Shown here one piece after another: positions 61,852-64,000 of a DNA stretch of 64,000 nt. The notes beneath the pieces were generated by a model, which was not told the DNA's origin, made no database searches, and was given only the letters and a program-made list of their open reading frames with translations. This stretch comes from Podarcis erhardii (lineage: Eukaryota): assembly GCA_964252035.1 (NCBI GenBank), contig OZ176211.1. One strand, 5' to 3'. Position numbers and translations under genes: made by a program. Position 1 is the first letter of the stretch. Every line of letters begins with the position of its first letter.

Positions 61852-64000
61852 TACTTGCATAGCACATTACTACAACAAACACTCTCTGGTTTGGGAAAGG
61901 AAGGAACAAAATGAAAGTCTTACTCACACATTACACAGAACGCAGGTACAAGTTGCCTCTGCACATGTGTGTGTTTTTGTGAAAGACTGTTGATCAGCTC
62001 AACTACTGTGTACACAGTACACAAGCTGTACACTCTTTGAACATTGCAAGTGAATGACTGTACGGTTGTTCAGTTCAATTATTCATGTCACAAGTACAGA
62101 GATGACCCGCCTTGAATGCACCATGGGGAACATCCCCAAAGAGCTCTGCCATGAAGAAATATATGCATGCCAACTGTGACGACTACCATGACTACACAGC
62201 CTGTGTGCGCCCACATCCTTGAGTCTGATTTTGTCACACTTTTCCTTGGCTGGCACAAATTCCTAGACGTGTCTCCAATGGACAAGAAAGAGCGGGTGGT
62301 AGACAGCCTCATGGGAAGCGACACCAGGAAGCGAGTTTTCTACACACCCTTTCTGTGCATTTTTCTCTCCCAGGCCTCCTTTGCTAGCATCCCTGGGCAA
62401 ATCAAGATGGCTTGTTTATTGAACATTCATCCTGATTTGCTAGCAAAAAGCTTAAGGAGATGCTATCTGAAATCCTCTCTTAACTGCGCATCCACTGTTG
62501 GGACGTTATGGAACACTGAACATTCATGAGCATTTGCTTGTGCTGAGGTTATATACCTTCTCATCAAACAGTCATTTATTCCACACTTTCCTTGTCACTT
62601 TCCTATCTGTAATAACAACAACAACAATACCACACACACAATTTTTGTGCCACAGCATTTTAATTGTACAAATCTAAATTTTCGTTATGCATTTGACTCC
62701 TGCCTGAAAAATACTGACCATCTAGAGGCAACCCGTGTCCATATACCCATGTTCTATGTTTGTGTCTTTCTCCCTGTGCCCCTCTGTGTTCATATTACCG
62801 CAGAGAAAATGTGGACAATTTCCTCAATTGACAAAAGGAATAAAAAGGTTCTGCTTCAGAAGCACTCTTACTTCTGCAGCTGTTAGCTTGCAAGGCCCCA
62901 GAGAGTAGGGAACTGTACTCATTTTGAGAGGCCTTCTCATCAAAATACAACACGGAGCTCTGCTCACTCCAGAGGGTTTTAAATCAATCAACAGTACACG
63001 CCTGATGACTATACGTCACTTCAAATGCAGGAACGGCTTATGTCTACACCAATGCTCACGCTATCGCTTCCTTGAAATGTGATTCCAGGAGGCAATCTCC
63101 GACATAGTTACCAGGCTGCTTTCCAGGGTTTGGTATTGGAGATAACAATATTCTTCTTCCTGAGAAGGTGAGATGAACTATGAGAACCCAATAACAACAC
63201 AGCAGATATGACTCCCAGCTGCAGGGCAGAGTGCGAGATAAACAGCGGCTTTCTGATCTGCATGTAAATTTGTAACTCCCTTCATTTTGGTATCTCAGAG
63301 GGGTAGAGAGCTTAAAGCCTTTTGCAATGCTGCCTTATTCAGGCATTAGTTGAGAGCCACTGTAGAGTGTCAGACTAGGACCTTGGAGACAAGGCCTTGG
63401 ATCCCCACGTGGCCCTGAAGCTCACTGGGTGACCTTGGGCCAGTCACTCACACTCAGATTAATCTACCTCACAAAGTTATTGTGGGGATTAAATGAGGAA
63501 GGGGAGAATCTCCAGAATTGTCCAGATATATGCATTTTTGAACATGTCATCCAATGAGATAACTTCATCACATCAGAGAAGTCTGAAATTTGAAGGAAGA
63601 TTGTGTTTTGGTTTACACACTGCTCCAAGAATGTAAATTAAGTAGTTTCTCATTAAAATTCAAATAAAATCAGATTTCTCATCCATTCCCAATCCTCACT
63701 ATTTGATTCCTAATAATTTCCCAGAACTTTTTCTTCTTCTTTTCATTCCTACCACATGCAGTAAAAATCCTCGCCTTTTTACTGGCATTCTAACATGTAG
63801 CTGGATAGTTTTTATTTTATTACCGCTGGGGTAATTGTGCCATCTGCACATTATTGTATAGGAAATCAAATATGTACAGCCATATTCAAAGAGAATCTAA
63901 GCGCACTATTCCAAAGCTTTCCCCATGCATTCACTGGGGTGCTTTTGCCTACATCTTGAGCCCATTTAATCATGGAGTCATTCACCTGTTCTCATTCCAC

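Noticed and set aside
62088-62529. 120-aa ORF, possible retroelement or retrocopy remnant
   Set aside because: No motif I can recognise; a tBLASTn search would be needed.

Overview
Vertebrate (squamate, probably lacertid lizard, inferred from Sauria-type SINEs) genomic DNA containing most of the calcitonin receptor gene CALCR on the minus strand. Ten coding exons with canonical GT-AG boundaries, from the ATG at 52793 down to 369, splice in frame to 382 codons (signal peptide, class B1 GPCR extracellular domain, TM1 to the first half of TM7). The last exons lie beyond the left edge. The intronic microRNA mir-489 is at 49576-49659 (-). Introns are packed with squamate transposons: Sauria and other tRNA-derived SINEs, L1, L2, CR1, Penelope-like remnants, and Tc1/mariner-type and hAT MITEs. 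The most interesting non-genic structures are: (i) a young Penelope-like insertion in (TA)n with three hammerhead-ribozyme motifs, whose 172-bp internal duplication breaks exactly at the predicted ribozyme cleavage site; (ii) a separate hammerhead motif with all core elements on the CALCR sense strand at about 55.9 kb; (iii) a 5'-inverted (twin-primed) L1 with a 14-bp TSD; (iv) a near-perfect 100-bp inverted repeat just downstream of mir-489; (v) a 17-nt perfect antisense match to a CALCR 3' splice site that also has an AG|GTAAG recursive-splice-like sequence. Repeat family names come from recalled motif resemblance, not database searches.
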